Source: Nitrospirales bacterium
GTDB lineage: Bacteria > Nitrospirota > Nitrospiria > Nitrospirales > UBA8639
Length of the DNA stretch: 64,000 nt
Reading direction: 5' to 3'
Assembly (NCBI GenBank): GCA_965223295.1
Contig: CBDCWC010000003.1
Coordinates: 64,001 to 128,000, forward strand
Within the stretch, counting starts at the first letter, position 1. Every line of letters starts with the position of its first letter. A program made the position numbers and the translations under genes. Positions 1 to 10,575 of this stretch are shown here, one piece after another. Below the pieces are notes generated by a model that saw nothing but the letters and a program-made list of their open reading frames with translations, searched no databases and was not told where the DNA came from.

Positions 1-268
1 GCATGAGTTTTTGAGCGATTTCAGGAACGTCCTCAACCAATTGATCAAGCTGGGAGAGGTCACCAATTAAGACAGGAAAAGGTTTATGGTCTCGATCACC
101 TTTGATAGCGTGTAATTTTTTTAACCCGGCAGGTTGAAAGACACTAACAGCCAACGCGTAGTAACTGTCCGTTGGGATGACTAAAACACCGCCTTCTTGG
201 AGACAGGATTCGGCTTGTTCGATGATGTCGGGAGATAAAGGGGATTGAAAAGGAACGACTAAAGCCAT
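1..268 (-). CDS. tsaC: L-threonylcarbamoyladenylate synthase (TsaC/Sua5/YrdC family), N-terminal part, truncated by window edge
   Basis: Not in ORF track. Manual translation from ATG at 268: MALVVPFQSPLSPDIIEQAESCLQEGGVLVIPTDSYYALA...KGDRDHKPFPVL, with the GGxxxxPTDxxYAL and K-x-R-x-x-KP-like motifs of the family. Confidence 0.88.
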   Translation of the reverse strand, partial: MALVVPFQSPLSPDIIEQAESCLQEGGVLVIPTDSYYALAVSVFQPAGLKKLHAIKGDRDHKPFPVLIGDLSQLDQLVEDVPEIAQKLM

Positions 269-425
269 ACTTATAGTACCAATTTGAACTCGCGTATTGA
301 TCAATCAATCGGAAGGAGCTTTTTGAGAATCAACCGATCACGTTCAAGCTATTTCATGGGCTTTCGTCCTTCCCCTATCTTTTGCCCTCCTTGGAAGGAG
401 GTCTCAAAGGCCAGGGAATTGATGG

Positions 426-1688
426 CTAAAGTACGCGGTGGGCAATATCCGAGCGGTAATAGCAACCTTCAAACTGGATTGGTTCCAGTGCGGCGTAGGC
501 ATGCGTTTGAGCGTTCCGTATCGTCTCAGCCAAGGCGGTCACACCAAGAACTCGACCACCACTCGTCACGACCGCCTGATCTTTTTTCGCTGTTCCGGCA
601 TGAAACACGACAGTGTCTTCAACGGATGACTGAGGCAACCCCGTGATTGGCAATCCAGTCTGATACGAACCCGGATAGCCTTTAGAGGTAAGCACCACGC
701 AGACCGCAGATTGATCGTGCCACGCTACCTGAATTTGATCTAAACGATGCTCTACCACCGCTTCAATAATATCCAAGAGATCTGCTTGCAACAATGGCAA
801 GACGACCTGGGTTTCCGGGTCGCCAAATCTTGCATTAAATTCCAGTGTATACGGTTTTCCGTCTTTGATCATCAGCCCCGCATACAGCACGCCATAAAAT
901 GGACTTCCCAAACGGGAGAGCCCTGTCACCGCGGGATACAGGACTTCCTCCAAAATACGTTTTTGTAGTTCAGGCGTAGCGAGAGGTGCCGGGGCATAGG
1001 CACCCATACCGCCAGTATTCAACCCGGTATCACCTTCACCAATTCGCTTGTGATCTTGGGCCGGAATCATGGGAATCACAGTCCGCCCATCGGCAAATGC
1101 CATCACCGTCAGCTCTTCTCCATCTAAGAATTCTTCTAGGACCACTTTTGCGCCTGCCTCACCAAACTGCTGTTCTCCTAACATACTCTTAACAGCCTCT
1201 TGGGCTTCAGCTTTCGTGGCACAAATGATGACCCCTTTCCCTTGCGCTAGGCCATCTGCTTTGACCACGATGGGCATCGGACAGGATTCCAACCATGTCA
1301 AGGCTGCCTCTACGCTATCAAAGGACCGGGATGCAGCGGTGGGAATCTGTTCCCGCACCATCAATTCTTTGGCAAAGGATTTACTGGATTCTATGCGAGC
1401 AGCTTGACGTGTTGGACCAAATATTCGCAACTTGGCTTTTCGAAATTCGTCGGCAACCCCCAATGACAAAGGCAATTCTGGCCCCACGATTGTCAGGTCA
1501 ATCGCGTTCTCCTTGGCAAACGATTGAAGACCGGACAGGTCATCGACTTTTATCGACACACATTCGGCTAATTGTGCAATTCCCGCATTTCCGGGTGCAC
1601 AATAGATTTTTGACACGCGTGGCGATTGCGCTAACTTCCAGACCAGGGCATGTTCGCGCCCACCATTACCAATGACGAGCAGTTTCAT
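426..1688 (-). CDS. purD: Phosphoribosylamine-glycine ligase
   Basis: GNGGREHAL, APGNAG, KADGLAQGKGV, QDHKR, NTGGMGAY and EFNARFGDPE motifs. Confidence 0.98.
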   Translation of the reverse strand: MKLLVIGNGGREHALVWKLAQSPRVSKIYCAPGNAGIAQLAECVSIKVDDLSGLQSFAKENAIDLTIVGPELPLSLGVADEFRKAKLRIFGPTRQAARIESSKSFAKELMVREQIPTAASRSFDSVEAALTWLESCPMPIVVKADGLAQGKGVIICATKAEAQEAVKSMLGEQQFGEAGAKVVLEEFLDGEELTVMAFADGRTVIPMIPAQDHKRIGEGDTGLNTGGMGAYAPAPLATPELQKRILEEVLYPAVTGLSRLGSPFYGVLYAGLMIKDGKPYTLEFNARFGDPETQVVLPLLQADLLDIIEAVVEHRLDQIQVAWHDQSAVCVVLTSKGYPGSYQTGLPITGLPQSSVEDTVVFHAGTAKKDQAVVTSGGRVLGVTALAETIRNAQTHAYAALEPIQFEGCYYRSDIAHRVL

Positions 1689-1780
1689 GATTTTCTAGAC
1701 TTGAAGGAAAGGAAGTAATTCAGAGAATTTCTGTACACTGGAGTTAATGTACGCACAGAGAATGTTGAAATGAGTTGTAG

Positions 1781-3337
1781 CTAGTGACGGAAGTGTCGCA
1801 TACCGGTCAGAATCATCGCCACTTGTTGTTCATCCACCGCTTGAATAATTTCTTTATCTCGAATGGAACCTCCAGGCTGAATGACCGCCGTGACTCCTGC
1901 ACTGACCGCCGCATCAATGCCGTCTCTAAAAGGGAAAAAGGCATCTGAGGCCATTACACAGCCTTTGATAGGAAGATTGGCTTTCATCGTTGCCAACTTT
2001 ACGGAATCCACCCGACTCATTTGTCCGGCACCTATCCCCACCGTTTGCTGAGAAGTGGCAAACACAATGGCATTGGACTTCACATGCTTACATACTTTCC
2101 ACGCAAAATCGCAGGCTTGATATTCTTCATTAGTAGGCTGACGTTGAGAAGGAATAGTGAGGTCACCCACGTCTCGCAACGATCCTAAATCCCGATCTTG
2201 CACCAAGAGACCACCCACAATTTTTTTCATATCCAGAGTATCTTGGTTGGTTGACTCTAGAGAACCCACAGCTAACAAGCGCAAATCTTTTTTGCGTTGT
2301 AATTCAGTCAAAGCTTCTTCTGAAAATGACGGTGCGATTAGCACTTCCACAAACGTGGATGTGACTTCTTTAGCCATAGCCAAATCCACATCGCGATTAC
2401 AGGCAATGACGCCACCAAATGCCGAAACCGGATCGGTTTCCCGAGCCCGCACATAGGCTTCTACCGGGACATCTCCCAAGGCCACTCCACAAGGATTATT
2501 GTGTTTGACGATGACGACCGCAGTTTCATCAAATTCCTTCGCTAACTCCAATGCCGAATTGGCATCCAGGTAATTATTATAAGACATGGCCTTACCATGC
2601 AGTTGTTTGGCCTGGCAGACTGAGGCCTCTTTGGCCTGTTTATCTTGATAGACTGCCCCGGATTGGTGTGGATTTTCTCCATACCGCAGGTCATCAACCT
2701 TTTCATACATCATCGACAGCAAAGTAGGAAATTTTTGCTCAGTGGATTCCGCCAATTGTGCATGAAGATAGTTCGCAATCAAACTGTCGTACCGCGCGGT
2801 ATGAAAGAAGACTTTTTTAGCGAGTTCACGACGCAGACTCAAAGACACCGTACCAGACTGTAACGCCTCAAGTACTCTGGGGTAGTCTGTTGGATCAACC
2901 ACCACAAGGACACCTTCATGATTTTTTGCCGCCGAGCGCAGCATCGATGGTCCGCCAATATCAATATTTTCAATGGCTTCTTCAAACGTACAACCTGGCT
3001 TGGCAATCGTGGATTCAAATGGATAGAGATTCACGACCACCACATCAATAGGCGCGATACCTTGTTCTTTCATTTGCTGTATATGGGCCTCAACCGATCG
3101 CCGTCCCAGCAGTCCGCCATGAATTTTGGGGTGGAGGGTTTTCACCCGTCCATTCATGATTTCTGGGAACCCGGTATAACTGGCCACTTCAGTGACCTCC
3201 ACACCGGCATCTATCAACATTTTGGCCGTTCCTCCGGTTGAGAGAATATCTGCCCCCAGCCCAACCAGGCCTTTTGCGATCGTTTCAACCCCGGTCTTAT
3301 CCGAAACGCTAATCAGCGCTTTCCCCAACTGTGCCAT
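1781..3337 (-). CDS. purH: Bifunctional AICAR transformylase / IMP cyclohydrolase
   Basis: ALISVSDKTG, GRVKTLHP, IDIGGPSM, LRYGENPHQ, SDAFFPF motifs and C-terminal RHFRH. Confidence 0.98.
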   Translation of the reverse strand: MAQLGKALISVSDKTGVETIAKGLVGLGADILSTGGTAKMLIDAGVEVTEVASYTGFPEIMNGRVKTLHPKIHGGLLGRRSVEAHIQQMKEQGIAPIDVVVVNLYPFESTIAKPGCTFEEAIENIDIGGPSMLRSAAKNHEGVLVVVDPTDYPRVLEALQSGTVSLSLRRELAKKVFFHTARYDSLIANYLHAQLAESTEQKFPTLLSMMYEKVDDLRYGENPHQSGAVYQDKQAKEASVCQAKQLHGKAMSYNNYLDANSALELAKEFDETAVVIVKHNNPCGVALGDVPVEAYVRARETDPVSAFGGVIACNRDVDLAMAKEVTSTFVEVLIAPSFSEEALTELQRKKDLRLLAVGSLESTNQDTLDMKKIVGGLLVQDRDLGSLRDVGDLTIPSQRQPTNEEYQACDFAWKVCKHVKSNAIVFATSQQTVGIGAGQMSRVDSVKLATMKANLPIKGCVMASDAFFPFRDGIDAAVSAGVTAVIQPGGSIRDKEIIQAVDEQQVAMILTGMRHFRH

Positions 3338-3873
3338 GATTTCCCCTATCGCTGTATCGTGAAAAAAGTGATGAAAAACAGGAGGTGCAGCTTACCAAAC
3401 GTCCCTGGGAAACTTCAACGAATAGCCTCTATCAAAAAGAAAGGAGCTGATTCTTCTCATTTCGAATGCTCATTTAAGAAAAGAATAGTTTTTTAGGTTT
3501 TTGATAAAAGTAAACCAAGAAAAACCCTTAATGAGACACCAGATTTCCGCAATAACTCTTTTTTGTGGGGAATAAATTCTTATGCGATATCGGTAAAGGG
3601 TCTCTCTTCAGTGACCGAATAGTATAGCAATACAATTAAAAATTTTCGTGCAGAAGTCCAACAACAACGCCGTACTGACCTAGCAATTCACATTCATAAA
3701 ACTATTGCGAGAAAACTCTGATAACAGGGAGAGCCAAGGACCATCCTTCCTGAACGATCAGAAGGAAATTGATGACGTAAAAACGATCGTTCGCATTTTT
3801 CATTTTTTTGCGATGCAACGCAATCTCATCTCCACCTCATGCATGTAAAGCGGAAAGGATTGTTCTAATTTTT

Positions 3874-4503
3874 ATGGATGCCATATTTCTACTTGGGGTG
3901 CTCGTCATTGCCATAGCCATTGGAGGGTTGGTTCTCATCTTAGGACACAATCCCCAAAGACCACAGACATCTGAGGAAAAGATCGAAGGGACCGATTTCA
4001 TTCCTTCACAAATGTTTATGGGAACCGATGGCCAGAACGGATTGGCTGTCAATGAACGTACTCAGCTCATTTGCTTACTTACATCACCGACCACTTCGCC
4101 ACGTTTGCTCCCCTCCACCGATTTACTTGGTTCATACTTAATGAAAAACGGCGAACTATTAGGTGAAGGGAAACGTAGCTACCCCAAAGAAATCGTCACG
4201 TTTACCAACGAGCTTCAGCGGCAGAAGGAATCTCTAGTTGCCGGTTTACACATGGATTCGACCAATGGATCGACTCAACGTATAAATCTACTCATTGTCG
4301 TTCATGATGAGGAGGACCCTTTCCATGTGGTCAATTTTCTTGACATGGAAACAAAAGAAGGAGGTATCCTGTATGAAAAAGCTCTCAGTACCGCGACACA
4401 TTGGCATTACATTTTAGATGGACTCATTCTCGAAGCCGACAAACTGTCTCGGCTTCAACCCGACATGGCTCAAGAAAAAGAAATGGCTGGAGCCGCCCCG
4501 TAA
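3874..4503 (+). CDS. Hypothetical protein with N-terminal transmembrane anchor
   Basis: Long ORF. ATG 3874 is followed by a hydrophobic helix (AIFLLGVLVIAIAIGGLVLIL). Start chosen over the TTG at 3808. Confidence 0.7.
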   Translation: MDAIFLLGVLVIAIAIGGLVLILGHNPQRPQTSEEKIEGTDFIPSQMFMGTDGQNGLAVNERTQLICLLTSPTTSPRLLPSTDLLGSYLMKNGELLGEGKRSYPKEIVTFTNELQRQKESLVAGLHMDSTNGSTQRINLLIVVHDEEDPFHVVNFLDMETKEGGILYEKALSTATHWHYILDGLILEADKLSRLQPDMAQEKEMAGAAP

Positions 4504-4786
4504 TCCAGCCAATTTCTTCAACGCTCATTTCTCCTCCTTCTCTAACAGTACCTCATCTCACCTGCTATTCGTTACAGTTCTTTGTTATCGCTCTCCGTAG
4601 CCTTTTTTTCCTGTTCGTCAGGTCATCACTCATCACCTAACATTACGTCTCTCTACTGCCAGACCGGTTCCCCACCAAACGGGGAATAGCCCCTCCACGC
4701 CCAATCCTGTTTCCTCAACCCATGCCTTACTTCTTTTTCCTGTCAAAACACAAGGAACGACGTTACCTATTTTGTAGGGGGAAACT

Positions 4787-5569
4787 ATGAGCATCACACA
4801 AACACGTGGATTTAAAATTATCAAATATGTGGCACTAGGGATTGGAATACTTCTTTCCTACACCCTTACTTCCGGATGGAATAGTTCTCCTTCCCAAGAT
4901 CTCATTCAGGCTATCGAATCACGGGATATTTCCCTGGTCCGTCAACTGATTTCACAAGGTGCCGATGTCAATCAACCCACATCTCAAGGCGCAACACCCT
5001 TACATTTTGCTACTCGCTTTGGACAAATCCCGATGACTCAACTCCTATTGGAGGAAGGCGCTGATATTCATGCCATCTACGATACACGATGGACACCCTT
5101 ACACTTAGCTGCTAAAGGCGGGCACGTCGATGTCGCGAAGCTCCTACTGGACAATGGCGCAGACGTCAATGAAACGAAAGAGATGGTCACTCCTCTCCAT
5201 ATTGCCGTGCAAGAAGGCCATCAACGCATGGTGAGCTTTCTATTAGCCCATGGCGCAACAGTTCAGACACCCTTCCAAGAAGGATGGACAGCCCTTCATA
5301 TTGCAGCACAAGCTGGAGACAGAGACATTACCCGGTTACTCCTTTATGCTGGGGCCCCAATCGATGCAACAAATGCTATCGGCTTAACACCGCTTCATTC
5401 GGCCGCCCTATCAGGTCACGTAGGCCTCACCCGTTACCTCATTTCCCAGGGCGCCAGGTGCTCCTCCCCGACTCAATCACTTCAAGGCATTCAACCGCAA
5501 ACCATACAAACCGTAATCACAGCCCTTCAGGAAATTCTTCAACATTGTCCGAAAGCTCAAATCTCATAA
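4787..5569 (+). CDS. Exported ankyrin-repeat protein
   Basis: Repeated TPLH/TALH...GAD ankyrin units, an N-terminal hydrophobic segment and an upstream AGGGGG RBS. Confidence 0.93.
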   Translation: MSITQTRGFKIIKYVALGIGILLSYTLTSGWNSSPSQDLIQAIESRDISLVRQLISQGADVNQPTSQGATPLHFATRFGQIPMTQLLLEEGADIHAIYDTRWTPLHLAAKGGHVDVAKLLLDNGADVNETKEMVTPLHIAVQEGHQRMVSFLLAHGATVQTPFQEGWTALHIAAQAGDRDITRLLLYAGAPIDATNAIGLTPLHSAALSGHVGLTRYLISQGARCSSPTQSLQGIQPQTIQTVITALQEILQHCPKAQIS

Positions 5570-5759
5570 AAAACATCATACGCTTCTGACAGTCTTTTCC
5601 TCGAAACCTTCTCTCACTCATTTGCCAATACCCGTATCATTTGGATGAATTCATTCAATCCTTGTATGATCGACAAGAAGTCTCTTCAAAATCTAGAGTC
5701 TATTGCGTTGCTCAAAAATTGAGCCTTGCTTTTCTTAATTCACATTAAGCGGTTTACCC

Positions 5760-6638
5760 ATGCATTGGATATTTTTCGGCCTTCTCGCCGCATTGAGCGA
5801 ATCCTTCAAGGACCTAACCAGCAAACATAGCCTACGCGAAATTTCACCATTGCATGCTGGACTGGCGGCATCTGCGATACCCATCCCCTTGCTGCTGGGT
5901 TTCTTGTTTGTCGGTGATGGATTACCTGCACTTGGACCTTCCTACCATTTGGCGCTGGCTATCGGAGGCACACTGAACATTCTGGCCTTATGGCAATTCA
6001 TGAGAGCTCTTCAGGCTTCGGACTTGTCTCTTGCTGTTCCCTTCATCTCCTTTACTCCAGTTTTTTTAATGTTTACCTCGCCACTGCTCGTCGGAGACAT
6101 GATAACGATTCAGGACATAGCTGGCATTCTCTGTATTGTGGGAGGAGCCTACCTACTCCAGGCTCAGGGAAACGAGGAAGGATGGTTGGCGCCTTTCAGC
6201 GCCCTGACCTCACGGCCGGGCCCACGACGTATGTTATCAGTGGCTCTCATATATAGCGTAACCTCAAATTTCGATAAAATTGGCACCCAACATTCTTCAC
6301 CAATTTTCTGGAGTCTTTCGTTGACCACCGTCATGGCAATAGGATTTGCGTTACTGCTACTTCTCAGTCCCCGACAACATGGGAATAGGACCAGTCCCGG
6401 AGGCAAGACTGGACTCCCTCTTTTCTTAATCGGCTTCTTTCAAGCTGCTGGCCTCATCTTTCACAACACAGCACTCAGTCTTGGACCAGTCCCTTCAGTC
6501 ATCGCCATCAAACGAACCAGTATTTTATTCGCTGTCATCTGGGGCATTATCTTCCTACGAGAACCACAAGCAAAAGAAAGGCTTGCAGGGGCAACTTTGA
6601 TGATCGTCGGAATGACCATAATAGCTCTGAGTGTCTAA
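5760..6638 (+). CDS. EamA/DMT family transporter
   Basis: About 10 hydrophobic segments in two repeats, ending in FLRE...RLAGATLMIVG. Confidence 0.88.
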   Translation: MHWIFFGLLAALSESFKDLTSKHSLREISPLHAGLAASAIPIPLLLGFLFVGDGLPALGPSYHLALAIGGTLNILALWQFMRALQASDLSLAVPFISFTPVFLMFTSPLLVGDMITIQDIAGILCIVGGAYLLQAQGNEEGWLAPFSALTSRPGPRRMLSVALIYSVTSNFDKIGTQHSSPIFWSLSLTTVMAIGFALLLLLSPRQHGNRTSPGGKTGLPLFLIGFFQAAGLIFHNTALSLGPVPSVIAIKRTSILFAVIWGIIFLREPQAKERLAGATLMIVGMTIIALSV

Positions 6639-6682
6639 ACTCTCGAATTTGGGGAGCATAGAAAATTTAAAACTCTGCTTTC

Positions 6683-7549
6683 CTACCGCCTTTTTGCGGA
6701 AACAGATTCATATGAAGCTATGACATCATTCAATTTATCCATCCAATATGAATTGCATTCACCAGGTTTAAGACTCTGTTGTCTTTTCAATGCTCGAGAA
6801 TGTAAATCCCTTAGTGCGGGAAGTACTTTCGGATTACCAACCTCCTCTGCTGCCTCAACTACTAAATAAGTTATTGGCTTCCGCCTCTGTAGCTCTTTAA
6901 TAATAGTGGAAATTATTCCTGGAACTCTTCTTTTTGCTAAACCCAGAAGAGCCTCACCTCGAATTTCATCATCCTTTTCATTCAAGCGAGATCTTAGGGC
7001 CCGACGAATAGCTGGGGTATCTAAATCAATTTGCGATCCCAATCCAAAAGTTGCCCAATCTCGCACTTCTCTACTGACATCTCCTGACAATTTAATCAAG
7101 GTCTTGATAGCTAATGACTGCTCGCAGCCCGAAAGTGCATACACTGCACCAAAACGAACTTGCGAAGAGTTGTGATTGGCTAAAGACACAATTTCGCGAA
7201 CAACCTGATGTTCATCTAAGTCAATAAGATAGCCAAAGACTATCCCAACAGCACTTAGGACGATAGGAGACTTTTCATTTTTCATGAAACCCAACAAATA
7301 ATGAATAGTTTTTCTAGGAAAAGCTCTCTCTGGAACCCCTAATTGAGATAAAATATTGACTCCGAGTTCCCTCTCTACAACTCTCCTACTTTTGGTTAAT
7401 TGAATAGACGAATCAAAAACATCATGAGTCCCACGATAATGAAGGGCCACAACATAATCCCAAGCCTTTTCATCATCGGATTCAGCAAGATTTCGACGGA
7501 TGAGAGTCTTTGTAGAAAGGTGAGAGAATGACCGATCTTTGGCTTTCAT
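6683..7549 (-). CDS. HEAT/PBS-lyase repeat protein
   Basis: Repeats VRFGAVYAL, VRDWATFGLG, IRGEALLGLA. Visibly more AT-rich than neighbouring genes. Confidence 0.85.
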   Translation of the reverse strand: MKAKDRSFSHLSTKTLIRRNLAESDDEKAWDYVVALHYRGTHDVFDSSIQLTKSRRVVERELGVNILSQLGVPERAFPRKTIHYLLGFMKNEKSPIVLSAVGIVFGYLIDLDEHQVVREIVSLANHNSSQVRFGAVYALSGCEQSLAIKTLIKLSGDVSREVRDWATFGLGSQIDLDTPAIRRALRSRLNEKDDEIRGEALLGLAKRRVPGIISTIIKELQRRKPITYLVVEAAEEVGNPKVLPALRDLHSRALKRQQSLKPGECNSYWMDKLNDVIASYESVSAKRR

Positions 7550-7553
7550 TGTT

Positions 7554-7744
7554 GGGCGTGTTGAATAATGAAGATATCAAAAGCCATATTTCGACATGAA
7601 GCCCTTGGCGATCAACAACCTCGGGGCCGTTCAAAAAAGTCCGTCCAGCAAGGCCACAGTCATTTTTGCGCGCAGAGCGTACTGACACTACGTGAACACA
7701 GGAAAATGGCGAGAACGCTGCTGGCGGCTTTTTTCAACAGACCC
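7554..7744 (+). mobile_element. MITE family 1, copy A
   Basis: Ends GGGCG-TGTTGAA ... TTCAACA-GACCC, flanks TTGTT/TTGTC (4/5 match). Similar to six other copies in the window. Confidence 0.8.
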
Positions 7745-8011
7745 TTGTCTTACGCCTATGTTCTACCCATGTCACTTTGATCAGAAATTTGAACGTTCTG
7801 AAGGACCGGTATTCCAAGGGAACTTCGAAATATCCTTTTAGAGGCACCCACGCCTCGGACAGATGCCTGACACCAGATCACATAGGTTGACGCTCTCATG
7901 AACCGACAGACCCTCTTTGATAAAACAAGTTGGTCAACCCATCAACATAATATAGAAATAGTGGACGCCCGATTGGACAGCCAATAGCTAGAGACTGCTC
8001 GAAGAATCACC

Positions 8012-8350
8012 TTAGCTAGGAAGACTAGAAAGAATGATTTTTACAGCTTTAGCGAGTTTTGGAAGATCTTTTTGCGTGATATCCCATACGGCATCAAGGT
8101 CGATCCCCAAACAATCATGAACCAGCACATTTCGAAAGGCGGCGATTTCCGACCATTGGACATCTGGCTGTATTGCCTTGGCTGAATCAGAGAGATGTTG
8201 TGTTGATTCGGCAAGCACTTGCAAATTTCGAAGCACGGCATCTTGTAGGGTATGTGATGTGACAAACTTGTCATGTCCTTGCGCGGTATTCTCTTGAATT
8301 TTTTCGATGCAGTCTACGATATAGTTCAAGTAGACGGCATCATCCTTCAT
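8012..8350 (-). CDS. hepT: HepT-like HEPN ribonuclease toxin (DUF86)
   Basis: DAVLRNLQVLAE and RNVLVH (RX4H) motifs. Overlaps the MNT gene by 4 nt. Confidence 0.9.
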   Translation of the reverse strand: MKDDAVYLNYIVDCIEKIQENTAQGHDKFVTSHTLQDAVLRNLQVLAESTQHLSDSAKAIQPDVQWSEIAAFRNVLVHDCLGIDLDAVWDITQKDLPKLAKAVKIILSSLPS

Positions 8351-8640
8351 AAGGCTACAGCCTCACGAAGCACACGATCGCGAAGATGTGGATTAAGTCC
8401 TTTTTCCGTCACCACGTCTACTCGTCGTCCTAAACTCTCCTCCAGCTCTAAAACCAAACCAGCAGGAAACCAGGGAGTCGTAATCGGCCCTTTTTCTATG
8501 AGAAAATCAATATCACTATCAGACGTAGCTTCCCCTCGTGCGACAGATCCGAAAATACGGACATTGTACGCACCATGCTTCGCTGCGATTCGCAAAACAT
8601 CTTCTCGCTTATCGGTCAAGAAGGCCTGTAGGTCACTCAC
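8347..8640 (-). CDS. mntA: MntA-like minimal nucleotidyltransferase antitoxin
   Basis: FGSVARGEATSDSDID (GSX10DXD) and LGRRVDVV motifs. Confidence 0.9.
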   Translation of the reverse strand: MSDLQAFLTDKREDVLRIAAKHGAYNVRIFGSVARGEATSDSDIDFLIEKGPITTPWFPAGLVLELEESLGRRVDVVTEKGLNPHLRDRVLREAVAL

Positions 8641-8755
8641 AGCTTCTCCTGTAGATTGGGAAATAGGTCCACAATATCACCTATATAGAACCATGAGACT
8701 TCAATCAAATCAACCGTGACCCCGAACTTTAGGACTGAGACCTGCCTTATCAAAA

Positions 8756-8980
8756 GGGTCTGCTGAAAAAATCCACCAGCGGCGTTTTCACCATTTTTCC
8801 ATGCTCACGTAGGACCAGTATGCTCCGCACGCGAAAATGGCTGTGGCCTTGCTGGACCTGCCCTCGCCAGAGCGGCTTCGCGCAGGCAAGCGGACTTTTT
8901 TGAACAGACCCGGGGTCTCTGACATGTTAAGTCGTAGAGACTAGATAGAGCCGTTGCTATCATCATTATTCAACAGTCTC
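8756..8980 (-). mobile_element. MITE family 1, copy B (inverted)
   Basis: Ends GGGTC-TGCTGAA ... TTCAACA-GTCTC with exact 5-bp direct repeat CAAAA at 8751-8755 and 8981-8985. Confidence 0.85.
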
Positions 8981-9096
8981 CAAAAGCGAAGGTGGATCAC
9001 AATGCCCTGCCCCAACACTTTGATGTTCCGCAAAACCCATGGTTACGAAACAACTCGACTTTCAATGTGCGAATGAGATAGAACCTCGAAGGAGAA

Positions 9097-10575
9097 TCAC
9101 TTGATAGGAAGCACGGAGAGGTCGGCGACAGAAACAAGAGGGCCAGGGAAAATTCCTAGTAAGACGACTCCAAAAACGGCACAAGCGAGAACGACGGAAA
9201 CTTGTGGGGAAAGGGCTAAACGCCTGCTCAGTTCTTGTTCTGATGATGGCTCACGCATATACATCACCATCACGATGCGCAAATAATAAAAAGCGGAAAT
9301 AGCCGCAAAGATTAGCCCAAAAATAGCCAGCCAGGCCAAGCCCGCATTGACGGCTGCCATAAACAGATAAAATTTTCCGATAAAGCCTGCCGTTGGGGGA
9401 ATGCCTGCCAGGGAGACCATGAAAACCAGCATAAGAAATGCGCCGCCTTTATGGCGTTTGGCTAATCCCGTAAAGTCTTCAATATCTTCACCTTCTAGCC
9501 CCCCGTTTCTGAGAATAGCAACCATTGCAAACGCACCGATCGTCATAAACGAATAAATCGCGAGATACAGCATCAGACTCGATACGCCACGATTGGAAAT
9601 GTCTGGTTCGCCCATCCACCCCGCAACCACAACCCCAACGAGCGCATATCCGGCATGAGCGATACTCGAATAGGCCAACATTCTCTTGACGTTGGTTTGC
9701 ACGATTGCCACAAGGTTCCCTAACGCCACAGTAATTAGACAGACCGTCAAAATCAGCACATTCCAGTTAGGCTTCACACCTCCGAATGCCTCCAGCAACA
9801 CTCGAAGAAACGCCGCAAAGCTTGCGGCCTTTGAGGCCACCGCCATAAAGGCCGTTACCGATGTTGGAGCGCCTTCATAGACATCCGGTGTCCACATATG
9901 AAACGGCACAGCCGCCACCTTAAATCCAAACCCAACAAGAATGAGCATGAGCGCGAGAAGGATAATGGGATCATCTAACCCTTGCCCGTTGACCACTGCC
10001 GAAATTTCGGCCAATCGAGTGCTGCTTGTCACCCCAAACAACAAGGAAATGCCGTACAGCAAAATACCTGAAGAAAACGCCCCTAACACAAAGTACTTTG
10101 CCGAGGATTCGATCGAGCGAGCTTCAAAACGTTTGAACCCTGCCATGATGTACAGCGTAATGGACATCAACTCAATGCCGAGATAAATCGTCAGAAGATC
10201 GGCTCCCGAGACCATCACCATCATGCCGACCAACGCTAACAACACAAAGGCGTAATATTCGGCAAGTTCAATTTTCTCTTCTTTGAGATAGCTCATAGAT
10301 AAGAGGATCGTGAGCCCACTCACCAGGTACAACAGCATCTTCCAAAAAGCGGCATAGGAATCCAGGACCACTAAACCACTGAAGGCAGATACCGGCTCGC
10401 CAAAATCTGTCATCGTGATAAGACTACAGACCACTAAAGACCCTAAACACATCCAAGCCAGAAAATCTTTTTTTGCTCGTGGCGTGATCGGATCCAACAC
10501 CAGCAGAATGCAGGCAATTCCCACAAGAATTAACTCTGGAAGAATCACGCCTAAATCAGCGAGAGGAAGACTCAT
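9097..10575 (-). CDS. nuoN: NADH-quinone oxidoreductase subunit N
   Basis: PFHMWTPDVYEGAP and KRMLAYSSIAH motifs; operon position. Confidence 0.97.
   Translation of the reverse strand: MSLPLADLGVILPELILVGIACILLVLDPITPRAKKDFLAWMCLGSLVVCSLITMTDFGEPVSAFSGLVVLDSYAAFWKMLLYLVSGLTILLSMSYLKEEKIELAEYYAFVLLALVGMMVMVSGADLLTIYLGIELMSITLYIMAGFKRFEARSIESSAKYFVLGAFSSGILLYGISLLFGVTSSTRLAEISAVVNGQGLDDPIILLALMLILVGFGFKVAAVPFHMWTPDVYEGAPTSVTAFMAVASKAASFAAFLRVLLEAFGGVKPNWNVLILTVCLITVALGNLVAIVQTNVKRMLAYSSIAHAGYALVGVVVAGWMGEPDISNRGVSSLMLYLAIYSFMTIGAFAMVAILRNGGLEGEDIEDFTGLAKRHKGGAFLMLVFMVSLAGIPPTAGFIGKFYLFMAAVNAGLAWLAIFGLIFAAISAFYYLRIVMVMYMREPSSEQELSRRLALSPQVSVVLACAVFGVVLLGIFPGPLVSVADLSVLPIK

Noticed and set aside
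3338-3480. ZTP (pfl) riboswitch upstream of purH
   Set aside because: No GUGACUGGCG-like core or pseudoknot partner seen; only a possible promoter.
4504-4786. CsrB-like GGA-rich RNA on the minus strand (also 38600-38720)
   Set aside because: GGA motifs are not clearly in hairpin loops; purine skew alone can explain them.
8716-8723. GTGACCCC / ACGTCCCC motifs upstream of accessory cassettes (also 49144)
   Set aside because: Too short, and a similar motif occurs inside a gene near 37305.
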